Source of the DNA: Actinomycetota bacterium
GTDB lineage: Bacteria > Actinomycetota > Thermoleophilia > RBG-16-64-13
DNA: 64,000 bases
Reading direction: 5' to 3'
NCBI GenBank assembly: GCA_016278725.1
Contig: JADQBG010000010.1
Span: 35,984 to 99,983, forward strand
In this document: piece after piece, positions 34,822 to 43,609 of the stretch
How positions within the stretch are numbered: the first letter of the stretch is position 1
Layout: the number at the start of each line of letters is the position of its first letter
The notes under the pieces: generated by a model
Told to the model about the DNA's origin: nothing
Databases searched by the model: none
What the model saw: only the letters and a program-made list of their open reading frames with translations
Made by a program: the position numbers and the translations under genes

Positions 34822-36261
34822 CTAAGTCGCCGGGCTTTCCTCGGGCAGATAGGCCGCGCGCGGAGTCCGGTGGTGTCCGCCCTCCAGTCCGTGGGAGCCC
34901 AGGCCGAACATCTCTCCGTGGTAGGCACCGGTGCCGTGCTCGCCCACGTCGAGCCCTTCCATTTCCTCCTCGGGGGTCACCCGGAGGCCGACGGTGTACT
35001 TGATGGCCGCGAACAGGACGATAGAGGTTCCAAAGACCCAGGCGATCGTGGCCACTATGCCGACGGCCTGCACGCCCAATTGGTGCAGTCCGCCTCCGAC
35101 CAGCAGACCCACGGGCGTGGGCTCGGCGGACGTGATGTCGGTGTAACCCAGCAGACCGATCGAGAGCGTCCCCCAGATCCCTCCGATACCGTGGACCGCC
35201 AGGGCGCCGACGGGGTCATCCAGGCGCAGGCGGTCGAAGGCGAGGGCGCCGAGCACCACGATCACTCCCGCAACTGCTCCGATCAGCAGTGCCGAGGCAA
35301 AACCCACGAATGCGGTGGAGGCGGTGATGGCCACGAGGCCGCCCAGCGCGCCGTTGAGGGTCATGGAAAGGTCGGGCTTACCGGAGATGATCCAGATGGT
35401 GAACATCGCGGCGAGCGTCCCGGCGCCCGCGCCCATCGTGGTGGTCGCGGCGGTCCAGCCAATCAGGGCGGGGTTCTCGGCGCCCAGCGTGGAACCCACG
35501 TTGAAGCCGTACCAACCGAACCAGAGAATCATGGCTCCCAAAGTCGCCATGGGCAGATTGTGCCCGGGGATGGCGTTGATGCGGCCATCCGGTCCGTACT
35601 TGCCGATGCGCGCGCCAAGCAGGAGCAGTCCCGCCATGGCCGAGGTGGCGCCAACCAAGTGGACCACAGTCGAGCCGGCGAAATCCATGAAACCCATCTC
35701 CGCGAGCCAGCCATCGCTGGTCCACACCCACTTCGCCACCACAGGATAGATGACGGCCGTCATGACAAACGCATACATCAGGTAGGCCGGCCACCTCATC
35801 CGTTCGGCCATCGCGCCGGACACGATCGTCGCTGCCGTCGCGCAGAACATGAGTGCGAATACGAAGTAGATCAGCGTCATCGGATCCTTGGTGTCGACTC
35901 CGATCATCATGAAGCCCTCGGTCCCGAAGAGCGGAGTGCCCTGACCGGTGAGGCCGTAGCCGATGAGGTAGAAGGCCACGACGCCCATGGCCACGTTGAT
36001 GAAGTTCTTCATCAACACGTTCACCGTGTTCTTGGCCCGGGTCAGACCGGACTCGAGCATGGCAAACCCGGGATGCATGACGAAGACGAGGGCTGCCGCC
36101 AGGAGAATCCAGACCGCGTCGAGGCGGGTGGCCACCTCTTCAGCCGGGACACCTTGCTCCTGGGCGAGGGCGGCCCCCGGCAGAAGCAGCGAGCCCGCCA
36201 AGCCCGCCAGGGCGCCCTGAAGCGCCAGTCTCCTAACTCGGTGCAAGCGCTTCCGAATCAT
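34822..36261 (-). CDS. amt: Ammonium transporter (Amt family) with signal peptide and short C-terminal extension
   Basis: Amt signature blocks (GFAMLESGLTRAKN ... LMKNFINVAMGVVAFYLIGYGL ... DFAGSTVVHLVGATSA ... twin-His region). Start taken at MIRKRLHRV (36261). No glnK follows. Confidence 0.85.
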   Translation of the reverse strand: MIRKRLHRVRRLALQGALAGLAGSLLLPGAALAQEQGVPAEEVATRLDAVWILLAAALVFVMHPGFAMLESGLTRAKNTVNVLMKNFINVAMGVVAFYLIGYGLTGQGTPLFGTEGFMMIGVDTKDPMTLIYFVFALMFCATAATIVSGAMAERMRWPAYLMYAFVMTAVIYPVVAKWVWTSDGWLAEMGFMDFAGSTVVHLVGATSAMAGLLLLGARIGKYGPDGRINAIPGHNLPMATLGAMILWFGWYGFNVGSTLGAENPALIGWTAATTTMGAGAGTLAAMFTIWIISGKPDLSMTLNGALGGLVAITASTAFVGFASALLIGAVAGVIVVLGALAFDRLRLDDPVGALAVHGIGGIWGTLSIGLLGYTDITSAEPTPVGLLVGGGLHQLGVQAVGIVATIAWVFGTSIVLFAAIKYTVGLRVTPEEEMEGLDVGEHGTGAYHGEMFGLGSHGLEGGHHRTPRAAYLPEESPAT

Positions 36262-36556
36262 CTTGGTCTTCCTTTCCGTCCGTTGCTTTGACGCAACACT
36301 CCGCGTGGGCGGCACCCGCTTCTCGCGGAGTGCTGACGGTAGGAAGCCTAGCTCCAGAGGTACAAGGCCCACCTTCTCCTGGCGGCCATAATTTGGACCC
36401 CGGGGATGCGACGATTGGATAGCCGGTCGTTCGAGCCCGAGCCCATAGGACTATTGGACAAGTAAAAATGAAGGCCAGGCAGAAGCTCGCGGGAGCCGCC
36501 AAGGGCGGAGGCGGCGCCCAGGCCCCCGGGGTAACTAGTAGGAAGCCCGCCCGTGA

Positions 36557-36856
36557 TCAGCGCGGGTCTACCGGGCTCGAGCGCAGTACCTCGTCCGGTC
36601 CGCCTGTCAGGCGCATTTCCACCGAGATCGGCCCCGAGGCCCGTTCCAGGACGGCGGCCAACGCGTCTCTCGCCGCAGACACCACGGCATGCTCGTTTTG
36701 ACCGGCGGAGAGGGCCGCCAAGGCCGGCGGCGAGACCAGGACGCGGGAGCGCACCCAGGTCTCGCCGGGATAGATCACGTCGAAGATCGCCTCCAGAGCG
36801 TCCGGGGGAGCGGCCTCGGAGAGGTCGACAAGTTCGATGTCGATGATCCAGGCCAT
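36557..36856 (-). CDS. Hypothetical 99-aa protein, last gene of the nrdR-nrdJ-HIBADH-like operon
   Basis: ORF with gene-like codon usage, starting 6 nt after the upstream gene's stop. No family recognised. Confidence 0.4.
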   Translation of the reverse strand: MAWIIDIELVDLSEAAPPDALEAIFDVIYPGETWVRSRVLVSPPALAALSAGQNEHAVVSAARDALAAVLERASGPISVEMRLTGGPDEVLRSSPVDPR

Positions 36857-36862
36857 TTCGGC

Positions 36863-37816
36863 CTACCGTCCGGGTTGGTTCGCTCCGGGCTCTTCTCCGC
36901 CCGTCTCCTCGGCCACCGTCGTCTCGCCCCTCGCCGCGTAGAAGACGGCGGCCATATCCCGTTCACCGAAGCCCTGCTCCATCGCCCGTTCGAATTGATC
37001 CCGGGCGCGTTTGGTCATCTCCATGCGAGTGCCCGCGGGCTCGGCCGCCTTCAGCACCAGGTTGGCGTCCTTGTGGGCCCATTTGAGCGGGAACATCGGG
37101 TCGAAGGATTCCTCGATCATCAACTTGCCCTTCATTTGAGCATAGGGCGAGTCCATTGCGCCCCCCTTGATCACCTCGAGAAAGAGATGCGGATCGACCC
37201 CGACCCCCTCCGCGAAGGCGATGGTCTCCGCCAGCGAGGAGATGAAGTTGATCACCCAGGAGTTGAAAACCAACTTAAGGCGGGTGGCGGCGCCACGCGG
37301 CTCGAGCCAAAGGGTGCGCCGTCCGATCACGTTGAAAATCGGATCGGCCCGGGGGCGAACGCTCTCCGGCCCCGCAGCCAAGACGAGCAGTTCGCCTGCC
37401 TCGGCGGGACCCTTGGTGCCCAGGACCGGAGCGTCGACAAACTCGAGCGCCCGGTAGTCCGCCAACTGGCCGAAATGAGCCTGCTCGTCGATTCCCACGG
37501 TGCTCATCTGGAGCCAGAGCGCCCCCTGGGGCATTGCCTGAATGGCCCCATGCCTCCCATTGACCACTTCCTCGACGGCGTCGCCGTGGGCGAGCATGGT
37601 GATGACCACGCCGGCATCGGCAACCGCCTTCTGGGCATCCGTGCACGCTACGACGTCCAACCCGACGAAGGGCTGCAGGCGTTCGTCGCTCCGGTTCCAT
37701 ACGTTGACCCCGAAGCCGGCCGCGGCAAGATTCCGGGCCATGGCGGAACCCATGATCCCCAGGCCCAAGACGGCGACCCGGCCGCCGGTTGCGCTCGTCG
37801 ATTCCACTGCTATCAC
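36863..37816 (-). CDS. NAD(P)-dependent beta-hydroxyacid dehydrogenase (3-hydroxyisobutyrate dehydrogenase/6PGDH-NAD-binding family)
   Basis: Rossmann motif VAVLGLGIMGSAMARNLAAAGF; HIBADH blocks (TMLAHGDAVEEVV ... DAPVLGTKGPAEAGEL). GTG start at ~37816 chosen over the ORF-track N-extension. Confidence 0.75.
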   Translation of the reverse strand: MIAVESTSATGGRVAVLGLGIMGSAMARNLAAAGFGVNVWNRSDERLQPFVGLDVVACTDAQKAVADAGVVITMLAHGDAVEEVVNGRHGAIQAMPQGALWLQMSTVGIDEQAHFGQLADYRALEFVDAPVLGTKGPAEAGELLVLAAGPESVRPRADPIFNVIGRRTLWLEPRGAATRLKLVFNSWVINFISSLAETIAFAEGVGVDPHLFLEVIKGGAMDSPYAQMKGKLMIEESFDPMFPLKWAHKDANLVLKAAEPAGTRMEMTKRARDQFERAMEQGFGERDMAAVFYAARGETTVAEETGGEEPGANQPGR

Positions 37817-37844
37817 CAAGCCTCTTGTCGGGGGTAGATCTGGC

Positions 37845-40196
37845 TCATGCGCACTTAGAGTAGCCGCAGCCCCGGCAAACCACACATCCGCCTTCGTGTT
37901 CCACCGCACCCCCGCAATCGGGGCAGGCCCCTTGCGCGTAGGCAATGGGCATCTCCAGTTGACGCGCGTCCTGGCCATCCTCGACCACCACGACCTCTAT
38001 GCACTTCTCCTCGATGGCGCGGGCGATGGCGTCTGGGCAGGACAGGATCTGGTTGGGCCCGAGCCCGGTGGGCACGTGACAGCGGATACCCTTGAGTTGC
38101 TTCGCGATCTTCTCCGGCGTCGCCCCGTAACGGTAGGCGAGTGAGATCAATCGCCCCAGCGCTTCGGTCGAAGCGGAGGCGCAACCACCGGCCTTGCCCA
38201 TGTTGGCGAACACCTCACGGGCGCCGAATTCGTCCTCGTTGATGGTGATGTAGAGACTGCCGCACCCGGTGACTTTCTCCCGAGTCTCGCCCTTGAGCAC
38301 GCGGGACCGGGAACCCCGAGGCGGCAGAACCTGGCGATGGCAGGCGGGACAATCCTCGCCCGGCTGGAGTTCCAGGTCGTCCAGATCGAGCAGATGCTGG
38401 GCCCCTCCGTTCTTGCCGGCATCCGCCGCGCCCTGCAGGGCGGCCTTCTTGCGCTTGACCTCGCCTATGTTGAGCACCTGCTCGTCCCGGGAACCGTCGC
38501 GGTAGATGGTGACGCCCTTGACTCCGAGTTCGTGCGCCAGCAGATAGACCTCTTCGACGTCCTTGGGCTCGGCCGTATTCGAGAAGTTGACCGTCTTGGA
38601 CACGGCGTTGTCGGTGTGGTCCTGAAAGGCGGCCTGCATCCGGATGTGCCACTCGGGGGTGACGTCGTGAGCGGTGGTGAATACCTGGCGCAGATCCTCG
38701 GGCAGGCCGACGATGTCGTGGAGTCCGCCTTTGGCCGCCACTTCCACCATCAGCTCTTCCGAGAACAGCCCGCGCTCCCGCAGAACCTGCTCGAAGAGGG
38801 GATGAGCTTCGGGCAGTTCGGTGTTGTCCATCACGTTGCGGATGAGCGCCAGTGCGAACAGCGGTTCGATCCCGCTCGAGCAGTTGGCGATGATGGAGAT
38901 GGTTCCGGTGGGGGCGATGGTGGTAACCGTGGCGTTGCGCAGACGCCGGCCCTTTTCCTCCCAGCGGCTGCCTTCCCAGCTGGGGAACAAGCCGCGCTTC
39001 TCAGCCAGTTCTTCGCTCGCCCGCTTGCCCTCCTCGTCCACGAAGCCCATGACCTCGTGCGCGAGTTCGGTTGCCTGGACCGAGTTATAGGCGATACCCA
39101 GTTCGATGAGCATGTCGGCCCAACCCATTACGCCCAAGCCGATCTTGCGGTTGGTCTTGGTCATCTCGTCGATCTCGGGCAGGGGGTAGCGGTTCATGTC
39201 GATGACGTTGTCGAGGAAATGCACGGCCTTGTGCGTCACGCGGCGCAGCTCTTCCCAATCGACCTCTCCATCCTTGACCATTAGCTTGAGGTTGATCGAG
39301 CCGAGGTTGCAGCTCTCATAGGGGAGCAAAGGCTGCTCGCCGCAAGGGTTTGTCGATTCGATCTCGCCGATATGGGGCGTGGGATTATCGCGATTCAAGC
39401 GGTCGAGGAAGATGATCCCGGGCTCGCCGTTCTTCCAGGCGAGCTTGACCACGAGGTCGAAGACTTCGCGCGCGTTGTACTGGGCCACCACGGCGCCGCT
39501 GCGCGGGTTCCGGACGGCATAGTCGCTGCCCGTGCGGACCGCCTCCACGAACTCCTCCGTCATCCCCACCGAGATGTTGAAGTTGTTCAGGATGTGTTCT
39601 TCCTCTTTCGCGGTGATGAAGTCGAGGATGTCCGGATGATCGACCCGGAGGATGCCCATGTTCGCGCCCCGGCGGGTGCCGCCCTGCTTGATGGTCTCGG
39701 TCGCCATGTCGAACACGCGCATGAACGAAACCGGGCCGCTGGCGACGCCGTTGGTGGACTTGACCGTGTCGTTCTTGGGCCGCAGCCGGCTGAAGGCAAA
39801 ACCGGTGCCGCCGCCCGACTGATGCACCAAAGCGGCATCCTTTATCGCCGTGAAGATCGACTCCATGGAGTCCTCCACGGGCAGGACGAAGCAGGCCGAG
39901 AGCTGCTGCAGGTCACGGCCGGCGTTCATGAGGGTGGGGGAGTTCGGCAGGAACTTGAGCTCGGCCATCATCTCGAAGAAGTCGGCCGCCGTGGCCTCCA
40001 CGTCGGCCTCGGCGTCGTAGTAACGGTCCGCTTGAGCGATGTTCTCGGCCACCCGGGCAAGCATGTCCGCAGCAGTCTCGAGAGGATTGCCCGCCTCGTC
40101 CCGCTTGAGGTAGCGCTTCTCCAGCACCTTCTTCGCGCTCGGCGAGAGCCGCCGCTCCAGCTCTTCGGCTGCAGACTGGATTTGCGCAGGCGTCAT
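37845..40196 (-). CDS. nrdJ: Adenosylcobalamin-dependent (class II) ribonucleotide reductase
   Basis: 783 aa. Class II RNR blocks (FAFSRLRPKND ... NPCGEQPL ... C-terminal CxxC redox Cys pairs CPDCGG ... CVVCRGCGYSKC). The start overlaps the nrdR stop by 4 nt. Confidence 0.9.
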   Translation of the reverse strand: MTPAQIQSAAEELERRLSPSAKKVLEKRYLKRDEAGNPLETAADMLARVAENIAQADRYYDAEADVEATAADFFEMMAELKFLPNSPTLMNAGRDLQQLSACFVLPVEDSMESIFTAIKDAALVHQSGGGTGFAFSRLRPKNDTVKSTNGVASGPVSFMRVFDMATETIKQGGTRRGANMGILRVDHPDILDFITAKEEEHILNNFNISVGMTEEFVEAVRTGSDYAVRNPRSGAVVAQYNAREVFDLVVKLAWKNGEPGIIFLDRLNRDNPTPHIGEIESTNPCGEQPLLPYESCNLGSINLKLMVKDGEVDWEELRRVTHKAVHFLDNVIDMNRYPLPEIDEMTKTNRKIGLGVMGWADMLIELGIAYNSVQATELAHEVMGFVDEEGKRASEELAEKRGLFPSWEGSRWEEKGRRLRNATVTTIAPTGTISIIANCSSGIEPLFALALIRNVMDNTELPEAHPLFEQVLRERGLFSEELMVEVAAKGGLHDIVGLPEDLRQVFTTAHDVTPEWHIRMQAAFQDHTDNAVSKTVNFSNTAEPKDVEEVYLLAHELGVKGVTIYRDGSRDEQVLNIGEVKRKKAALQGAADAGKNGGAQHLLDLDDLELQPGEDCPACHRQVLPPRGSRSRVLKGETREKVTGCGSLYITINEDEFGAREVFANMGKAGGCASASTEALGRLISLAYRYGATPEKIAKQLKGIRCHVPTGLGPNQILSCPDAIARAIEEKCIEVVVVEDGQDARQLEMPIAYAQGACPDCGGAVEHEGGCVVCRGCGYSKCA

Positions 40197-40654
40197 CGGA
40201 TCCCCTCTTTCCTGAGCTCCTCGAGCTCGCTCTTGAACTCTTCAACACTTTCGAATTGCCGGTAGACAGACGCGAAACGGACGTACGCCACGAGGTCGAT
40301 ATCCTGCAAACGCTCGAGCACCATCTCTCCCAGACGCTCAGCCGTCACCTCATAATCCGCCCGCGCACGCAGCTCACCCTCGATATCCGCCACCAAATCT
40401 TCCAACAGAGTGAGCGGTACCTCGCGCTTGGTGCAGGCCCGCACCACGCCCTGAAGGAGCTTATCCGGCCGGAATTCCTCCACAGTGCCGTCGCGCTTGG
40501 CGACCCTGATCGTCGGCTCCTCGACCTTCTCGTAGGTCGTGAACCTCTGGCCGCACACCATGCATTCCCGGCGGCGGCGCACCGCGTCCTGACCCTCCGA
40601 GTCCCGCGAATCCACGACCCGCGTGTCCCCCTGCTTGCAATAGGCGCAGCGCAT
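40193..40654 (-). CDS. nrdR: Transcriptional repressor NrdR (Zn-ribbon + ATP-cone)
   Basis: MRCAYCKQGDTRVVDSR ... CMVCGQRFTTYEKVE Zn ribbon followed by an ATP-cone. Co-operonic with nrdJ. Confidence 0.95.
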   Translation of the reverse strand: MRCAYCKQGDTRVVDSRDSEGQDAVRRRRECMVCGQRFTTYEKVEEPTIRVAKRDGTVEEFRPDKLLQGVVRACTKREVPLTLLEDLVADIEGELRARADYEVTAERLGEMVLERLQDIDLVAYVRFASVYRQFESVEEFKSELEELRKEGIR

Positions 40655-40660
40655 CAGTTA

Positions 40661-40734
40661 TCCCCAGGGGTGTCCCCAGGAGCGTACACAGTTTCCACAG
40701 GTCCTCCCCAAGCTCTCAACACGTTCTCCACAGG
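40661..40734 (-). promoter_or_regulatory. Four copies of an 8-mer (TCCCCAGG x2, TCCACAGG x2; CCTG[G/T]GGA on the coding strand) upstream of nrdR; NrdR-box/SD-related candidate
   Basis: Copies at 40661-40668, 40673-40680, 40694-40701, 40727-40734. The last two sit in 16-mers ACACnnTTnnCCACAGG spaced 33 bp (about 3 helical turns), as expected for tandem NrdR boxes. Similarity to the palindromic NrdR-box consensus is weak. Confidence 0.25.
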
Positions 40735-40940
40735 TTACTCCCCGGTAATCCACAACATCTGGTGCGTAGCCGTACCGTACCACACCACATCTTGGCCTAC
40801 TAGAAACGGTGAAACTATTTTGGCCGGGCTGCTAGAAGTGGAGGTGTGAAGAAGATTCTACCGCTGAGGGCGGACAGAAAATGAAGAGGCAAGCACCGAG
40901 CCGGAGTCGCGCCGACTCCGGGCGCAACACCCCGCGAGGC

Positions 40941-41253
40941 CTAGGACCGAACTAGAGAGACGATTCCGGCGGAGAGGAAAAAGAGGGCCGGGACGATCCA
41001 CAGGAGGTAGCCGTCGATCAGCCACATTACCGCAAAGACCAGACCGGCCGCCCAGATCAGCGACGGCATCGAGCGCCACGCGCCGATAACGCCGACCACG
41101 GCCGCCGCCAGCAGACTGCCGAGACCGATAAGGGAATCGGCGTCGGTGATGTCCGCCGGGCCACCCGAACCCAGAATCACCACAAGCGCCACAGGGACCA
41201 CAAAAAACCCCAGTCCCATCGCCGCCAGAACCTTGACCAGATCGTCGCGCATG
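40941..41253 (-). CDS. Small hypothetical membrane protein (3 TM)
   Basis: Hydrophobic ~100-aa product starting at MRDDLVKVLAAMGLGFFVV. The longer upstream extension is considered unlikely. Confidence 0.4.
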
Positions 41254-41342
41254 CTGCCCTCCCCACCGTGAATGACCAGCGACAGACTACCGCGATCGGC
41301 GCCCTCGCCGTTAGCTTTCTGGACTAGGCCCATAGTTTCCGG

Positions 41343-41348
41343 CCATAA
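41343..41348 (+). promoter_or_regulatory. -10 hexamer CATAAT 7 nt upstream of the response-regulator ATG (leaderless mRNA candidate)
   Basis: GGCCATAATGCAGACATG with no SD. Same leaderless architecture as at 10886-10901. Confidence 0.4.
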
Positions 41349-41355
41349 TGCAGAC

Positions 41356-42075
41356 ATGAACAAAGACATGCGCAAATTCGACAATCCCCGCATCCTGGTA
41401 ATCGAAGACGACGCTTCCTTGAGGGAGGTCCTGCAAATGGGCCTCCGCGGCGAGGGCTTCACCGTCGACCTGGCTCAGGACGGTCCCAAGGGGCTGGGCG
41501 CCTTCAAGGAGCACGATCCCGACCTGGTGCTCCTCGACGTGATGCTCCCGGGGATGAACGGTTTCGAGGTCTGCCGGGAAATCCGCCGCCACTCGCAGGC
41601 GCCGATCATCATGCTCACCGCCCGGACGTCCACCGTCGATATCGTGGTGGGACTGGAATCCGGCGCCGACGACTACCTGACCAAGCCGTTCGAATTCCCC
41701 GAGTTGGTCGCGCGGATCAGATCCGTCCTCCGGCGTTCGACCGCGAAACAGGGCGATGCCGCGGCCTCACTGATTCACCTGGGGCCCATCACTCTGGACC
41801 CGGACGCTTTTAGCGCCGCGCGCGATGGTGATGAACTGCACCTCACCGCCACCGAGTTCCGCCTGCTGCTGGAACTCGCGCGCCACGCCGGTCAGGTGCT
41901 GAGCCGCGACCAGTTGCTGGAGAGGGTCTGGGGTTACACCTATCTGGGCGATAGCCGGTTGGTCGACGTGCACGTGCAGCGCCTTCGCTCGAAGATCGAA
42001 GGAGATCCCGCGGAGCCCAAACTGATCCTCACCGTGCGGGGGGTCGGGTATAAGGCGGCCAAGTCCGAAGAATAG
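41356..42075 (+). CDS. OmpR-family two-component response regulator
   Basis: Receiver domain (ILVIEDD ... D54 in LLDVMLPG ... K in DYLTKPF) and winged-helix trans_reg_C domain. Confidence 0.9.
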   Translation: MNKDMRKFDNPRILVIEDDASLREVLQMGLRGEGFTVDLAQDGPKGLGAFKEHDPDLVLLDVMLPGMNGFEVCREIRRHSQAPIIMLTARTSTVDIVVGLESGADDYLTKPFEFPELVARIRSVLRRSTAKQGDAAASLIHLGPITLDPDAFSAARDGDELHLTATEFRLLLELARHAGQVLSRDQLLERVWGYTYLGDSRLVDVHVQRLRSKIEGDPAEPKLILTVRGVGYKAAKSEE

Positions 42076-42082
42076 ACCGCTG

Positions 42083-43609
42083 ATGCGTTCCCCCATGACA
42101 CCGCCGCGCCGCACGCCCACACACCTCAGGCGGCGCTTGGGCATGGCTTTCGCGGGCGCAGTGGTGGTGACCGCACTGGTCGTCACCCTCGGCTCGTATT
42201 TCCTGGTTGGCATATATCTGCGCGACCGGGCGATCGACGAGGCCCTGGCTCAATCGCGCTTCAACCTGCGCTTTGCCGAAGCTCTGCTACCGGCCGAACC
42301 GGCGCAGACGGATTTCGAGCGGCTGCTCCAGGCTCTCGCAACCCGGGGAGATTTCGAGACGCTCGTCACCGAAGCAGACGAGTCCCTGGTATCGGGTCCG
42401 GGGGCCTCGCGCGATCTGATCACCCCTGAACTGCAGGACGCCGTCGGGCGCGGACAACTGGGATACCAACCCGTCCACCCCAATAGCGTGACCACCCTGG
42501 TCGTGGGAGGCCGCCTCCCCGGAGGCGAGGCACGGCTCTACTTCTTCTATCCGCAGGGGGAACGGGAGGAGTTGTTGGATCGTCTGGGCCTGCTTCTCTC
42601 AGTAGCCGGATTGGTGCTCGCACTGGCCGGAGCCCTTCTGGGCTGGGGTCTTGCGGGAAGGGTGCTGCGGCCGGTCTACGAAGCGCGGGTGGCCGCTGGA
42701 CGCATGGCGGCGGGCAATCTGGACGTCCGCCTGCCCGAAGGCCGCGACGAATTCGGGGAACTGTCCGCCGACTTCAACCGGATGGCCTCCAGCCTGCAGG
42801 CGCGGATGGAGGAACTGGAGGAGGCCCGACGGCGCGAGCGTCAGTTCACCGCAGACGTGGCCCACGAACTGCGCACTCCGGTGTCGGCCTTGGTGGGAGA
42901 GGCTTCGCTGCTCGAGCAGCGGCTGAGCCTGAACGCAGACGGCACCATACCCGTGGAGACCCGCCGGGCGGCCGAACTGCTGGTCCGGGACGTCGCCCGG
43001 TTGCGCCGCCTGGTGGACGACCTGCTGGAGATCAGTCGCCTGGATGCCGGGGCCGTGGACCTGAACCGTGTGGAGTTCTCCGTGATCGACTTTTTGGAAC
43101 GGATGGGAGAGGCACGCGGCTGGCCGGATGACGTCCGCGTGACCGGCGATCGCCGGCTAACCCTATGCACCGATCCCCGGCGCTTGGAGCGCATAGTCGT
43201 CAATCTGGTGGAAAACGCACTGCGCCATGGAGAACCGCCGGTAGTGGTGGAGGCGCGCAGGGTGGAACCGACCATGTCGGGGGCCGCAGCCGCCGCCGAG
43301 TCCGTCGGCGGGCATCCGGCGGCAGGAGAACTCGCCTTATCGGTGACCGACTTCGGCTTTGGGATCCTTGCTGAGCACCAAGAACGGGTCTTCGACCGCT
43401 TCTACAAGACAGACCCGAGCCGGGGCGAGCGCCCGGGGTCCGGGCTGGGGCTCGCGATCGTCTGGGAGAACGCCAGGCTGCTTGGGGGAGCCGTGAGCGT
43501 GAAGAGCAGCCCGGAAGAGGGAACGCGGTTCACCCTGCGGCTGCCCCTCTTAGCGGATTCCGCGAGCTTGGCGGCCGAAGACGAGGACACCCTTCAATTC
43601 AATTCGTAG
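42083..43609 (+). CDS. Sensor histidine kinase (2 TM, HAMP, HisKA, HATPase_c)
   Basis: H-box FTADVAHELRTPVSAL; N/G1/G2 boxes (NLVENALRHG ... DFGFGI ... GSGLGLAIV). Confidence 0.9.
   Translation: MRSPMTPPRRTPTHLRRRLGMAFAGAVVVTALVVTLGSYFLVGIYLRDRAIDEALAQSRFNLRFAEALLPAEPAQTDFERLLQALATRGDFETLVTEADESLVSGPGASRDLITPELQDAVGRGQLGYQPVHPNSVTTLVVGGRLPGGEARLYFFYPQGEREELLDRLGLLLSVAGLVLALAGALLGWGLAGRVLRPVYEARVAAGRMAAGNLDVRLPEGRDEFGELSADFNRMASSLQARMEELEEARRRERQFTADVAHELRTPVSALVGEASLLEQRLSLNADGTIPVETRRAAELLVRDVARLRRLVDDLLEISRLDAGAVDLNRVEFSVIDFLERMGEARGWPDDVRVTGDRRLTLCTDPRRLERIVVNLVENALRHGEPPVVVEARRVEPTMSGAAAAAESVGGHPAAGELALSVTDFGFGILAEHQERVFDRFYKTDPSRGERPGSGLGLAIVWENARLLGGAVSVKSSPEEGTRFTLRLPLLADSASLAAEDEDTLQFNS

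Noticed and set aside
34822-36372. Full 516-aa ORF as the Amt protein
   Set aside because: The first ~37 codons are Arg/Pro-rich and precede an obvious signal peptide beginning at MIRKRLHRV, so the start was moved to 36261.
40655-40700. Canonical palindromic NrdR box
   Set aside because: Only direct 8-mer repeats were found (one doubling as the SD). I could not align a convincing acaCwAtATaTwGtgt palindrome, so this is reported only as a low-confidence candidate.
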